A DNA stretch of 40,910 nucleotides from a virus, in IMG/VR virus record IMGVR_UViG_3300045988_035032, positions 1 through 40,910 of that record; one strand, given 5' to 3'. The notes below the pieces were generated by a model. The model did not search any database, was not told the DNA's origin, and saw only the letters and a program-made list of their open reading frames with translations. Of this stretch, positions 22,461 to 31,079 are shown piece by piece; position 1 is the first letter of the stretch, and the number at the start of each line of letters is the position of its first letter. The position numbers and the translations under genes are program-made.

Positions 22461-22654
22461 GTGTAGAATTTGCGGCCAGAATGTGCCCCAAATGTGGGGC
22501 TGATAGCTTGGTCTATGACAGCAGAGAATTTCGAGATGGGAGCATTATCCGCAGAAGGAAATGTCAAGTATGTGGAACCAAATTTGAAACAATAGAGCAT
22601 TTTTCAAAATATATCAAAAAACGTGAGGAAAAATTTTTCAAACACAAGATGTAG
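22448..22654 (+). CDS. NrdR-like zinc-ribbon protein without ATP-cone
   Basis: MCPKCGADSLVYDSRE...IRRRKCQVCGTKFETIEH parallels the NrdR N-terminal zinc ribbon. GGAGGGG RBS. Confidence 0.65.
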   Translation: MEKLSVEFAARMCPKCGADSLVYDSREFRDGSIIRRRKCQVCGTKFETIEHFSKYIKKREEKFFKHKM

Positions 22655-22690
22655 AGTACAAAAGTCAAAAAAATATGATTTAATAATTGT

Positions 22691-22735
22691 GGGAGCGTAT
22701 GCCCCTGCGCTCCCGCTTCGCTTATTCTATTTTCT
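22691..22735 (+). terminator. Possible terminator of the early/middle operon
   Basis: GGGAGCG-N10-CGCTCCC followed by a T-rich tract (cttattctattttct). Confidence 0.45.
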
Positions 22736-23240
22736 CCTCAACCCCGGCGCTTGCCGGGGTACATACGCCGCACGAGCGCGTCAGCCCACACATCCGGGCC
22801 GGAGGGTCGCGCCCTCCATGCGGCAACATCGCCCTTTACGGGCATTAGACAATGTGCTCCAAAGGCCAAGGAGCTGACTGTGAAAAGACACTATACTGGC
22901 GAATCGGGGTCGCGTATCTTGCCAGTGAAATCACCAGCGGCCTGCCAGTAAGCCATAGCTGGCCGACTCCGGGTAGAATGGCAGCCTTTGAGAGTCAAAA
23001 CCGCGCTATCCCGCTGAAAACTGCCGTGTTTGCCTGTGCACGGGCCTCCCAATACGGCGTGACAATCTAAGCGGGAAAGCGCACATATGTCGCTCCTCGC
23101 CTCGTGAGGCGGGCGGTGGCACCAGGACGCAAGTCCTTACAGAGCAGGCCTCCGGAAAGCCTGACCAAACCCGGAGCATACCCCGGAAGGGGTATATATG
23201 CCGTGCCTCGTTGCGAGAGACGGGGGCGGGACAGAAAGGT
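22736..23240 (+). ncRNA. Candidate large structured RNA or structured late-operon leader
   Basis: No plausible CDS or RBS. GC is visibly higher than the flanks. At least 11 local or nested helices are present, including GNRA-capped hairpins (AGGAC-GCAA-GTCCT and ATACCCC-GGAA-GGGGTAT). Confidence 0.5.
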
Positions 23241-23252
23241 GGTGAGCCCATT

Positions 23253-23624
23253 GTGGCGAAAGGCAAATATCAACGGTGGCTGGAGCCGGATGGGCTTTTG
23301 CTGCTTGAAGGATGGGCACGAGACGGGCTGACAGATGAACAGATCGCCCACAATATGGGGATTACTGCAAAAACATTATATGAGTGGAAAAATGCTCATA
23401 GTGAGATTTGTGAGGCCCTAAAAAAAGGAAAAGAAGTCGTAGACTACCAGGTTGAAAACGCTCTGCTGGCATCTGCATTGGATGGTAACACCACAGCACA
23501 GATTTTTTGGCTGAAGAACCGAAGACCGGACAGGTGGAGGGACAAGCCCGAAATGCCGGGTGACTCTGATGGGCTGAAACGGGCGAAGGAACTGCTGGAG
23601 GGAATACCGAGTGCCATTGACTGA
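23253..23624 (+). CDS. terS: Terminase small subunit
   Basis: AAAGGTGGTGA RBS precedes GTG 23253. KGKYQRWLEPDGLLLLEGWARDGLTDEQIAHNMGI HTH pattern. The gene overlaps the terL start. Confidence 0.8.
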   Translation: MAKGKYQRWLEPDGLLLLEGWARDGLTDEQIAHNMGITAKTLYEWKNAHSEICEALKKGKEVVDYQVENALLASALDGNTTAQIFWLKNRRPDRWRDKPEMPGDSDGLKRAKELLEGIPSAID

Positions 23625-24807
23625 AAAGCAGGTGGAATACCTCCAGAACTGTAGTCACAGGTGGAACGTAAAGACTGGAGCCACGGGCAGTGGAAAATCG
23701 TTTCTGGATTTCACAGTTACCATTCCAAAACGAATTGTAGCAGCAAGAGGCGAGGGACTTTTGGTTCTGCTTGGAAATACCAGAGGGACACTCGAAAGGA
23801 ACATTCTGGAACCCATGCGGCAGTGGTGGCCTGGGCAGATTGGGATTATCCGCAGCGACAACACCGTGGAACTGTTCGGGAAAAAGGTTTATGCCCTTGG
23901 AGCAGACAACAAGAAGCACGTCTCCCGCATTCAGGGTGCGACCTTCGAGTATGTGTACGGTGACGAGGTGACAACTTGGAGCGAGGACGTGTTCCAGATG
24001 CTCAAAAGCCGTCTGCGCTGCGAGCACTCCCATTTTGACGGGACGTGCAACCCGGACAACCCGGAACACTGGTTCAAGAAATTTTTGGACAGTGATGCGG
24101 ACATCTACCAACAGTCCTATGTAATTGACGACGGTGTGCTTCCTTCCCGTGTGGTGGAGGAACTGAAAAAGGAATACACCGGGACGGTTTATTATGACCG
24201 TTATATCTTGGGGCTTTGGTGTCAGGCAGATGGTCTGATCTACAAGTTCGGAAAGGAAAACATTGTTGATGATGTGCCGGAGAGCGGTGAGTATTATATC
24301 TCCTGCGACTACGGTACACTAAACCCATTTTCGGCGGGACTGTGGTGCTGGGATGGCAAAAACGCCACCAGAATCCGGGAGTATTACTATTCCGGGCGGA
24401 CGGAGCAGATCAGCAAGACAGATGAGGAATACTACACGGAATTGGAGAAGCTGGCTGGGGATTTGCCGGTGCGATCCGTAGTAGTTGACCCATCGGCAGC
24501 TTCGTTTATCGAGGTCATCAGACGGCATCGGCGGTTCCGGGTACAAAAAGCGGTCAATGATGTGGTTCCCGGCATCGTCACCACCAGCCGCTACATTCAG
24601 GACGGGACGATCAAAGTTCACCGCTCCTGCAAGGACAGTATCCGTGAGTTTGGGCTATACCGCTGGGACGATAAATCCACGGAGGACAAGCCAATCAAGG
24701 AGAACGACCACGCCATGGACGATATTCGCTATTTTGTAATGACGATTCTGCGGCACAAGGTACGTAAGGCAAGCCAGCCGCAGTATATCCCGCTGTGGGG
24801 GAGGTGA
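23611..24807 (+). CDS. terL: Terminase large subunit (PBSX/Terminase_3-like)
   Basis: Walker A KTGATGSGKS and nuclease-domain acidic motifs. GTG start after GGAGGGA. Confidence 0.95.
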   Translation: MPLTEKQVEYLQNCSHRWNVKTGATGSGKSFLDFTVTIPKRIVAARGEGLLVLLGNTRGTLERNILEPMRQWWPGQIGIIRSDNTVELFGKKVYALGADNKKHVSRIQGATFEYVYGDEVTTWSEDVFQMLKSRLRCEHSHFDGTCNPDNPEHWFKKFLDSDADIYQQSYVIDDGVLPSRVVEELKKEYTGTVYYDRYILGLWCQADGLIYKFGKENIVDDVPESGEYYISCDYGTLNPFSAGLWCWDGKNATRIREYYYSGRTEQISKTDEEYYTELEKLAGDLPVRSVVVDPSAASFIEVIRRHRRFRVQKAVNDVVPGIVTTSRYIQDGTIKVHRSCKDSIREFGLYRWDDKSTEDKPIKENDHAMDDIRYFVMTILRHKVRKASQPQYIPLWGR

Positions 24808-24811
24808 TTTT

Positions 24812-26233
24812 TTGCTTACATATCAGGATTTGCTTGCCTTGGGCGAAGACGAAAAGTCTCGCATGGAATTTATTTGGAGGGCGATCAACGAACACAAAGG
24901 CAGCAGGGCCTATCAGATGGCGGTGGATGCCGAACTGTACTTCAATGGCGAAAACCCGACCATTAACCGCTATGAAAAAATCATATACGACATGCAGGGC
25001 CGGGCGCACCGGGATATGTACACGGCCAACCACAAGATCGCAAGCAGCTTTTTTGGCTTTGACGTGCAGCAGGAGGTTTCATATCTGCTGGGAAACGGCG
25101 TAACATTTCACGGGACTGCCACAAAAGACAGGCTGGGAAAAAAGTTTGATCTGGAAATGGTGCGGGCCGGGAAGTATGCGCTTATCGCTGGTGTGTCCTT
25201 TGGCTTTTGGAACTTCGATCATCTGGAAGTGTTTAAGCTGCGGGAGTTTGTGCCGCTCTACGACGAGGAAAACGGCGCTTTGATGGCTGGCATCCGGTTC
25301 TGGCAGGTGGCGGATGATAAGCCCCTACGGGCTACGCTGTACGAGGTGGACGGTTACACGGACTACATCCAGCGCAGCGGCGAAGATATGACGGTTTTGA
25401 AGGATAAGCGCACTTATATTCTGCGCATGCGCACCTCTGCGGCAGACGGCACGGAAATTTACGATGGGCAGAATTATCCGACGTTCCCCATTGTGCCGTT
25501 GAAAAATGGCGAGGATGCGCTTTCGGAACTGACGGGAAAGCGGAACACCATAGACGCGCTGGACTTGTGCACCTCCAACATGGTCAACAATGTGGATGAA
25601 GGCAACCTGATCTATTGGGTGCTCACCAACTGCGGCGGCATGGATGATATGGATGACGCAAAATTTCTGGATGCCGTGCGGACTACGCATGTTGTCCACG
25701 CCGGCGGAGAGGGCGACGAGGGTGCGAGCGCCGAGCCGCACACCATAGAGGCTCCGTTCAACGGCACTAGCGCCACGATCGACATGCTGAAGCGTAAGCT
25801 GTATGAGGATTTCCAGGCGTTTGACAGCTCGGCGGTGTCGGCGGGCAATCAGACGGCCACGGCCATTGCAGCCAGCTACACGCCGCTGGATTTGAAAGTG
25901 GATGACTTTGAAGCCAGCGTGACGGAGTTTATCCTTGGGATTTTGGAACTTGCTGGAATTGACGACGAGCCGAGCTACACCCGTAGTAAGATCATCAACA
26001 GATTGGAAGAAACGCAGACCATCCTAATGGGTGCGGATTACTACGATGACGAGTATATCACAAAGAAGCTGTTGACCATCAATGGCGACGCCGACCAGTT
26101 CGATGCCCTGATGGAGCGCAAAGCCGCGGAGGAGACAGAGCGGGTTGAGGAAGAACCAGAGTTCCCACCACAAGATGAAACCGAGGTGACGGAGAATGCC
26201 GAAACCGGATCAGGCGCACCAGTGGACGGATAA
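24812..26233 (+). CDS. Portal protein (SPP1 gp6-like)
   Basis: 473 aa, positioned after terL, with an acidic C-terminus. TTG start after GGAGGTGA. Confidence 0.9.
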   Translation: MLTYQDLLALGEDEKSRMEFIWRAINEHKGSRAYQMAVDAELYFNGENPTINRYEKIIYDMQGRAHRDMYTANHKIASSFFGFDVQQEVSYLLGNGVTFHGTATKDRLGKKFDLEMVRAGKYALIAGVSFGFWNFDHLEVFKLREFVPLYDEENGALMAGIRFWQVADDKPLRATLYEVDGYTDYIQRSGEDMTVLKDKRTYILRMRTSAADGTEIYDGQNYPTFPIVPLKNGEDALSELTGKRNTIDALDLCTSNMVNNVDEGNLIYWVLTNCGGMDDMDDAKFLDAVRTTHVVHAGGEGDEGASAEPHTIEAPFNGTSATIDMLKRKLYEDFQAFDSSAVSAGNQTATAIAASYTPLDLKVDDFEASVTEFILGILELAGIDDEPSYTRSKIINRLEETQTILMGADYYDDEYITKKLLTINGDADQFDALMERKAAEETERVEEEPEFPPQDETEVTENAETGSGAPVDG

Positions 26234-27212
26234 GGAGCTTGTTGCCCTGGAGCGCCGCATTGCCCGGATTTACCGGGAAGCGCGGGACGAGCTGGACGAA
26301 ACCGTCAAAGCCTATTTTGAGATCTTCCGCAAGCGGGATGAGGAAATGAAAGCCTTAATCGGCACCGAAGTCAACGGCAAGGTTTGGACGAAGGACGATT
26401 ACAAACGATGGCGGTTTAACCAGATCGGGCGCGGGGAACGGTATCAAGACCTGCTGGAAAAGATTGCCGAGCGCATGACAAAGGCTAATGAGGTTGCCAT
26501 TTCCTATGTCAACGACGTCACGCTGGGAATTTACACACTCAACCGCAACTATGCCGCTTACACCATCGAGCGGGTGGCCGGGAACGTGGGGTTTACCCTA
26601 TGGGACGAAGCCACTGTGAAGCGGCTTATCGTGGAAGAGCCTGACCTGATGCCCTACTACCCGAAGAAAAGGGCTCTCAAGCGAGGCATTGACCTCAAGT
26701 GGGGCAAGAAGCAGATTACAAAGAGCGTCACCAGCGGGCTTTTACAGGGCAAGAGCGTGGGCAAGATCGCCACCGACCTGCAAGCCAGGGTGAGCGAGAT
26801 GAACCGCGCCAGCGCTGTGAGAGCGGCTAGAACAGCTGTCACAGGGGCGCAGAACGCCGGACGTATGGATAGCTATAAAACTGCTTCTGATATGGGAATC
26901 AAGGTTAGAAAACGCTGGGTTGCCACAAAGGACGGACGTACACGGCATAGCCACCAGAAGCTGGACGGGCAGACGGTGGAATGGGACGAGCCGTTTACTT
27001 CCGAACTGGGGAAGATACGATATCCGGGAGACCCACGGGCCAAGCCTGCAAATGTCTATAACTGCCGTTGCACCCTGCGGACGGTAGAAGCACCTGGTAT
27101 TGAAGCGGAGCCGCGCAAGATGCGCGTCCGTGACCCCAAAACAGGCCGAAATGTGGTCGTGGAGGAAATGACCTATGAACAGTGGGAAAGGTGGGTGAAA
27201 AGCCGTGTCTGA
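26196..27212 (+). CDS. Head morphogenesis protein (SPP1 gp7 / Mu F family)
   Basis: RWVATKDGRTRHSHQKLDGQ...NCRCTL motif. Confidence 0.9.
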   Translation: MPKPDQAHQWTDKELVALERRIARIYREARDELDETVKAYFEIFRKRDEEMKALIGTEVNGKVWTKDDYKRWRFNQIGRGERYQDLLEKIAERMTKANEVAISYVNDVTLGIYTLNRNYAAYTIERVAGNVGFTLWDEATVKRLIVEEPDLMPYYPKKRALKRGIDLKWGKKQITKSVTSGLLQGKSVGKIATDLQARVSEMNRASAVRAARTAVTGAQNAGRMDSYKTASDMGIKVRKRWVATKDGRTRHSHQKLDGQTVEWDEPFTSELGKIRYPGDPRAKPANVYNCRCTLRTVEAPGIEAEPRKMRVRDPKTGRNVVVEEMTYEQWERWVKSRV

Positions 27213-27615
27213 TTTGGGCGGTGTGGTGTTCAATGATTACAGCGCCGAAGTGCTGGAGGCCATGCATGACGCCGTTGTACGGGCACTAGAGCGGTGCGGT
27301 GAACAGGCGGAAGGGTATGCCAAAGACCTGACTCCTGTTGACACTGGCAACCTCCGTAACAGCATCACCCATCAAGTGGACGATGGTGAAAGCACTGTTT
27401 ACATTGGAAGTAACGTAGAGTATGCCACTTATGTGGAACTGGGCACCGGCAAATACGCCGAGGGCGGACGGCCCACTCCGTGGGTTTACCGGGACGATAA
27501 CGGCAATTACCACTGGACGGCGGGCAACCCGGCACAGCCGTTTTTGGCACCGGCGGTCAAGGACCATCAAACCACATATCGTAACATCATAGAGGACGAA
27601 TTGAAAAATGGATAA
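27205..27615 (+). CDS. HK97 gp10-family protein
   Basis: TPVDTGNLRNSI...VEYATYVELGTG pattern. GTG start. Confidence 0.8.
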   Translation: MSDLGGVVFNDYSAEVLEAMHDAVVRALERCGEQAEGYAKDLTPVDTGNLRNSITHQVDDGESTVYIGSNVEYATYVELGTGKYAEGGRPTPWVYRDDNGNYHWTAGNPAQPFLAPAVKDHQTTYRNIIEDELKNG

Positions 27616-27904
27616 AGCGCCACTGCTTTGCAGAATTAAAAGCAATATCATTCGCAAAAGTCCATCTGCTATTATGGCTGGTTGCAACTTTGGAATATTT
27701 CCGTCAGGAAAGTGTATAGATTGTCCAGAATATAATGCGTGGTGGAAAGAGTTTGAATGGAGCATACTTAAAATGGTTGAATTGAAACCAGAGCAAATCA
27801 AAGCCGCAGAAGCCGTTCTTGCAAAAGGCGACAGAATAGAGTTGATTCCTGTGAAAGACGGTATTAAAATCATACATATCAAGCGAGAGGAAGTGAGAAT
27901 GTGA
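27608..27904 (+). CDS. AT-rich moron ORF, unknown function
   Basis: Sharp drop in GC. Cys-rich N-terminal half. A possible 41-aa ORF (27901-28026) and a strong terminator follow. Confidence 0.5.
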   Translation: MDKAPLLCRIKSNIIRKSPSAIMAGCNFGIFPSGKCIDCPEYNAWWKEFEWSILKMVELKPEQIKAAEAVLAKGDRIELIPVKDGIKIIHIKREEVRM

Positions 27905-28066
27905 CCCTTATTATTCACTCTCTGTATGAATTTTGGACTTGGTTTAAAGAGATGTTTGGTTTCGGGAACTTAGGAACGATTCATGTTATTGATATTGTTC
28001 CACCGGGACATGAAGAGGGGCAATAAATACTGTTCCTGCCTCTAAGCGTTGAGGCGGAAGACCCGA

Positions 28067-28118
28067 GCGTGGGTAACTGACTACAATTTGTAGTTGGTTG
28101 CCCACGCTTTTTCTTTTT
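28067..28118 (+). terminator. Rho-independent terminator inside the head module
   Basis: 11-bp outer stem GCGTGGGTAAC/GTTGCCCACGC plus inner ACTAC/GTAGT, then TTTTTCTTTTT. Confidence 0.8.
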
Positions 28119-28194
28119 GGTAAAACCTGCTTTTGCGGTTTTATGCAACACATTCTTAGGGTAGCACCCGTAACAGCGAGAAAGGAATGTTACT

Positions 28195-28815
28195 ATGGCA
28201 GATTTTGAAAGCATTGTCAGAAATCATGTGGGTGAGGACGGAAATATCCCATCCGAGGCTATCGCAAAGCTGGTAAAGGCTATCTCTACCACCGTAGGAA
28301 ATGAGTTTGTCGAGAAATCCCGCTATAAGGCCAAGCTGGAAGAAATCGACGCTTTGACGGAGGAAAAGCAGACCGCCCAGGACAGCGCAACGACCGCCGA
28401 AAAGTGGAAGACGAAGTACCAGGCCCTAAAAGATGATTTTGACACTTACAAGACCGAGCAGACCCAAAAGGAGAGCCATGCGGCCAAAGAAAAGGCTTAC
28501 CGGGCGCTCCTGCAAGAGGCCGGGGTAAGCGAGAAGCGGCTGGAATCCGTGCTGCGGGTCTCCGACGTGGACAGCGTGGAGCTGGACGAAAAGGGGACCA
28601 TCAAGGGAGCTGACAAGCTCACAGAGAGCATCAAGAGCGAGTGGGCGGACTTTATCACCACCACGGAGACCAGGGGCGCACAGACCTCCAATCCCCCGGC
28701 GAACAATGGCGGCGCAATGACGAAAGCGGACATTTACAAGAAGGACGATCACGGCCGGTATGTGATGTCTGCTGCGGAGCGTCAGAAGGCGCTCATGGAA
28801 AATCAAATTACTTGA
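28195..28815 (+). CDS. Scaffolding protein
   Basis: Coiled-coil and K/E-rich, immediately upstream of the capsid gene. Confidence 0.8.
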   Translation: MADFESIVRNHVGEDGNIPSEAIAKLVKAISTTVGNEFVEKSRYKAKLEEIDALTEEKQTAQDSATTAEKWKTKYQALKDDFDTYKTEQTQKESHAAKEKAYRALLQEAGVSEKRLESVLRVSDVDSVELDEKGTIKGADKLTESIKSEWADFITTTETRGAQTSNPPANNGGAMTKADIYKKDDHGRYVMSAAERQKALMENQIT

Positions 28816-28829
28816 AAGGATAAAGAAAT

Positions 28830-29804
28830 ATGCAGAAAGCTAAAAGCAAGTTGAAAGACATTGGCTTGCAATTTTTTGCGGCTACCAATGTTGAGAGCTT
28901 TACCAACCCCAGAGACTCTCTGCCGAATGTTTATACAAGCGTAACCGCCCGTGAGGTGGACTTTGTCACCCGATTCAACGATAACTGGGAGGCCCTGCGG
29001 AACATCATGGGCATTATGCGGCCCATCCGAAAGACCCCCGGCACGCAGCTGATCTCTTACACCGCAAGCGTGGCGCTTGAATCCGGCGACGTCGGCGCCG
29101 GTGAGGTGATCCCCTACAGCAAAACCACCATCACCGCCACAAAGAAAGACGATCTGACCATCAAGAAATACGCCAAGGCTGTGCCCATTGAGGACGTGGA
29201 CAAGTACGGCGCTGCTATCGCTGTGGAAAAGAGCGACGACGCCTTCCTGACCAGCCTGCAGAATGTGGTGCTTGGCGACTTTTACACCTTTCTGAACACT
29301 GGTACGCTGACCGGCACCACCACCACCTGGCAGGCCGCTTTGGCCCAGGCACAGGGCAAGGTGCTGGACAAGTTTGCAGGCATGGCTAAGGACGTGACCC
29401 AGGTTGTGGGCTTTGCCAATATCCTGGATGCCTATGATTACCTGGGCGCTGCGGACATCACCGTGCAGACCCAGTTTGGCATTAACTACATTCAGAATTT
29501 CATGGGTTACTCCACGCTGTTCCTGCTGCCTGCTACCGTGTCCGGCAAGACCGCCATTGCGCGCAACACCGTGATTGCTACGCCCGCAGAGAACATCGAT
29601 TTGTACTATGCTGACCCCGGCGACAGCGAGTTTGCGCGGCTGGGCCTGAATTACACCACCCAGGGCGAAACCAACCTGATTGGCTTCCACGCGCAGGGCA
29701 ACTACACCACCGCCGTCGGCGAGACGTTCGCCCTTATGGGCATGAAGCTGTGGGCGGAGTACCTGGACGGCATTGCCAAGATTACCGTATCGGCGGGGGG
29801 TTAA
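28830..29804 (+). CDS. Major capsid protein
   Basis: 324 aa after the scaffold gene, with strong codon bias. GC hairpins follow (29794-29850). Confidence 0.85.
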   Translation: MQKAKSKLKDIGLQFFAATNVESFTNPRDSLPNVYTSVTAREVDFVTRFNDNWEALRNIMGIMRPIRKTPGTQLISYTASVALESGDVGAGEVIPYSKTTITATKKDDLTIKKYAKAVPIEDVDKYGAAIAVEKSDDAFLTSLQNVVLGDFYTFLNTGTLTGTTTTWQAALAQAQGKVLDKFAGMAKDVTQVVGFANILDAYDYLGAADITVQTQFGINYIQNFMGYSTLFLLPATVSGKTAIARNTVIATPAENIDLYYADPGDSEFARLGLNYTTQGETNLIGFHAQGNYTTAVGETFALMGMKLWAEYLDGIAKITVSAGG

Positions 29805-29880
29805 TCCCCCCGAGCGAAACCGGCCTCATCGGCTCGGGGGTAGTAGGTAAAGCCAAAGTTGGCAGAAAGCGAGGCAAGTA

Positions 29881-30198
29881 ATGGCGTACACACCGACTAC
29901 ATGGACAGATGGTGATCTGATTACCGCAGAAAAGCTGAACAAGCTGGAGGCGGGGGTGCAAAACGAACAAGTAGGTCCTCGGGGACCCGCTGGGCCCAAA
30001 GGTGATACCGGAGACGCCGGTCCGCAGGGGCCGAAGGGCGATACCGGCGCAAAGGGCGCGGCGGGCGCTCAGGGGCCAGCGGGCAAGGGCGTGAAATCTA
30101 TCGCCCTGACCACCACTGGCGGTGTCGTGACCGGCGGGACGGTGACATTTACTGATGATAGCACTGCGCCGATTACTGTAACGGCAGCAGAAGCATAA
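29881..30198 (+). CDS. Collagen-like repeat protein (105 aa)
   Basis: 13 uninterrupted G-X-Y triplets (nt 29974-30090). N-terminal WTDGDLITAEKLNKLE fibre-type motif. Confidence 0.8.
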   Translation: MAYTPTTWTDGDLITAEKLNKLEAGVQNEQVGPRGPAGPKGDTGDAGPQGPKGDTGAKGAAGAQGPAGKGVKSIALTTTGGVVTGGTVTFTDDSTAPITVTAAEA

Positions 30199-30214
30199 AA
30201 GGAGGGGCGGCGTG

Positions 30215-30724
30215 ATGCTTGAAACCGTTTTGATGTATCTGAATAACTGGTTCGTTGTATCCAGGAATGACGATACATACACCATTGAGGACGGCGGCAT
30301 TGCGCTGCCCTTCCTCGTAAATGGCCAGTATTTCCGAATTGTTGGGAGCCTGTTTAATGATGGTGTATACAAATACGCAGACGGGTCGGCTCTTGACGAG
30401 ACCGGAACAGAGACAACGCTGACAGACGAGACTTTTGACGGCTCTGTATGGGCGATGGCGATCCCGAAAGCGCTGCTGTCCACTGTGGAGGAGATCACTG
30501 CATGGACGGCCAAGAACGGAGACAGCGGGCCGTACACATCGGAGAGCTTTGGCGGGTACAGCTATTCCAAGGCTACCAACTCCAAAGGGCTTGCGGTGGG
30601 CTGGCGGGACGTGTTTGCCGCACAGCTTGCCCCTTGGAAGAAACCGGCGGGAAGTTGGCAATATGCGAACCCGAACCCGCACATGACGCCGCCTGAGCCC
30701 CGCAAAGACAACCCGTGGAGGTGA
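30215..30724 (+). CDS. Putative head-tail connector protein
   Basis: Called from position and size. AGGAGGGG RBS. Confidence 0.6.
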   Translation: MLETVLMYLNNWFVVSRNDDTYTIEDGGIALPFLVNGQYFRIVGSLFNDGVYKYADGSALDETGTETTLTDETFDGSVWAMAIPKALLSTVEEITAWTAKNGDSGPYTSESFGGYSYSKATNSKGLAVGWRDVFAAQLAPWKKPAGSWQYANPNPHMTPPEPRKDNPWR

Positions 30725-30728
30725 GAAC

Positions 30729-31079
30729 GTGAGTTTGCTGGACGATTTTGCACGCACCTGCGTTCTGATGGAAAAAAAGCGTGTGCCGGATGGCGCAGGC
30801 GGGTACATGGTGCAGTGGGAAGAAGGGGCGGAGTTTACCAACTATCAAGCTCTGGACACCTCTATGGAGGCCAGGATTGCCGAAAAGCAGGGTGTCACAA
30901 GCCTTTATTCCGCGCTGGTAGACAAGGATTTCCCCATCGAGTACAACGATGTTTTCAGGGATACAGCCACCGGACAGACCTATCGGGTGACCAGCAATCC
31001 AGAAGAAAAGATCGCGCCCAAGTCTTCCACATTGCCGCTGAAATACTTTACAGCGGAAAGGTGGGCGCTGACTACATGA
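30729..31079 (+). CDS. Head-closure / head-tail adaptor protein
   Basis: Size and pattern fit SPP1 gp16-like proteins. GTG start. Confidence 0.65.
   Translation: MSLLDDFARTCVLMEKKRVPDGAGGYMVQWEEGAEFTNYQALDTSMEARIAEKQGVTSLYSALVDKDFPIEYNDVFRDTATGQTYRVTSNPEEKIAPKSSTLPLKYFTAERWALTT

Noticed and set aside
23081-23092. CACATATGTCG as a possible NrdR-box for the NrdR-like protein.
   Set aside because: It is a single short palindrome that matches only the centre of the known 16-bp box. There is no second copy at the usual spacing.
22623-23351. Multiple overlapping 60-94-aa ORFs on both strands in the terS-upstream gap.
   Set aside because: They are mutually overlapping, Arg/Pro/Ala-rich, without RBS and with no HNH or other motif. 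They are best explained by high GC in a noncoding structured region.
28803-29690. 295-aa minus-strand ORF antisense to the major capsid gene. Similar long antisense ORFs occur at 1787-2383, 3172-3870, 20805-21347, 23362-24111, 29782-30537, 30173-31082, 33559-34083 and 40391-40900.
   Set aside because: They are shadow ORFs of GC-rich, codon-biased plus-strand genes. They have no RBS, their composition is Gly/Arg/Pro/His-rich, and they run against the uniform operon polarity.
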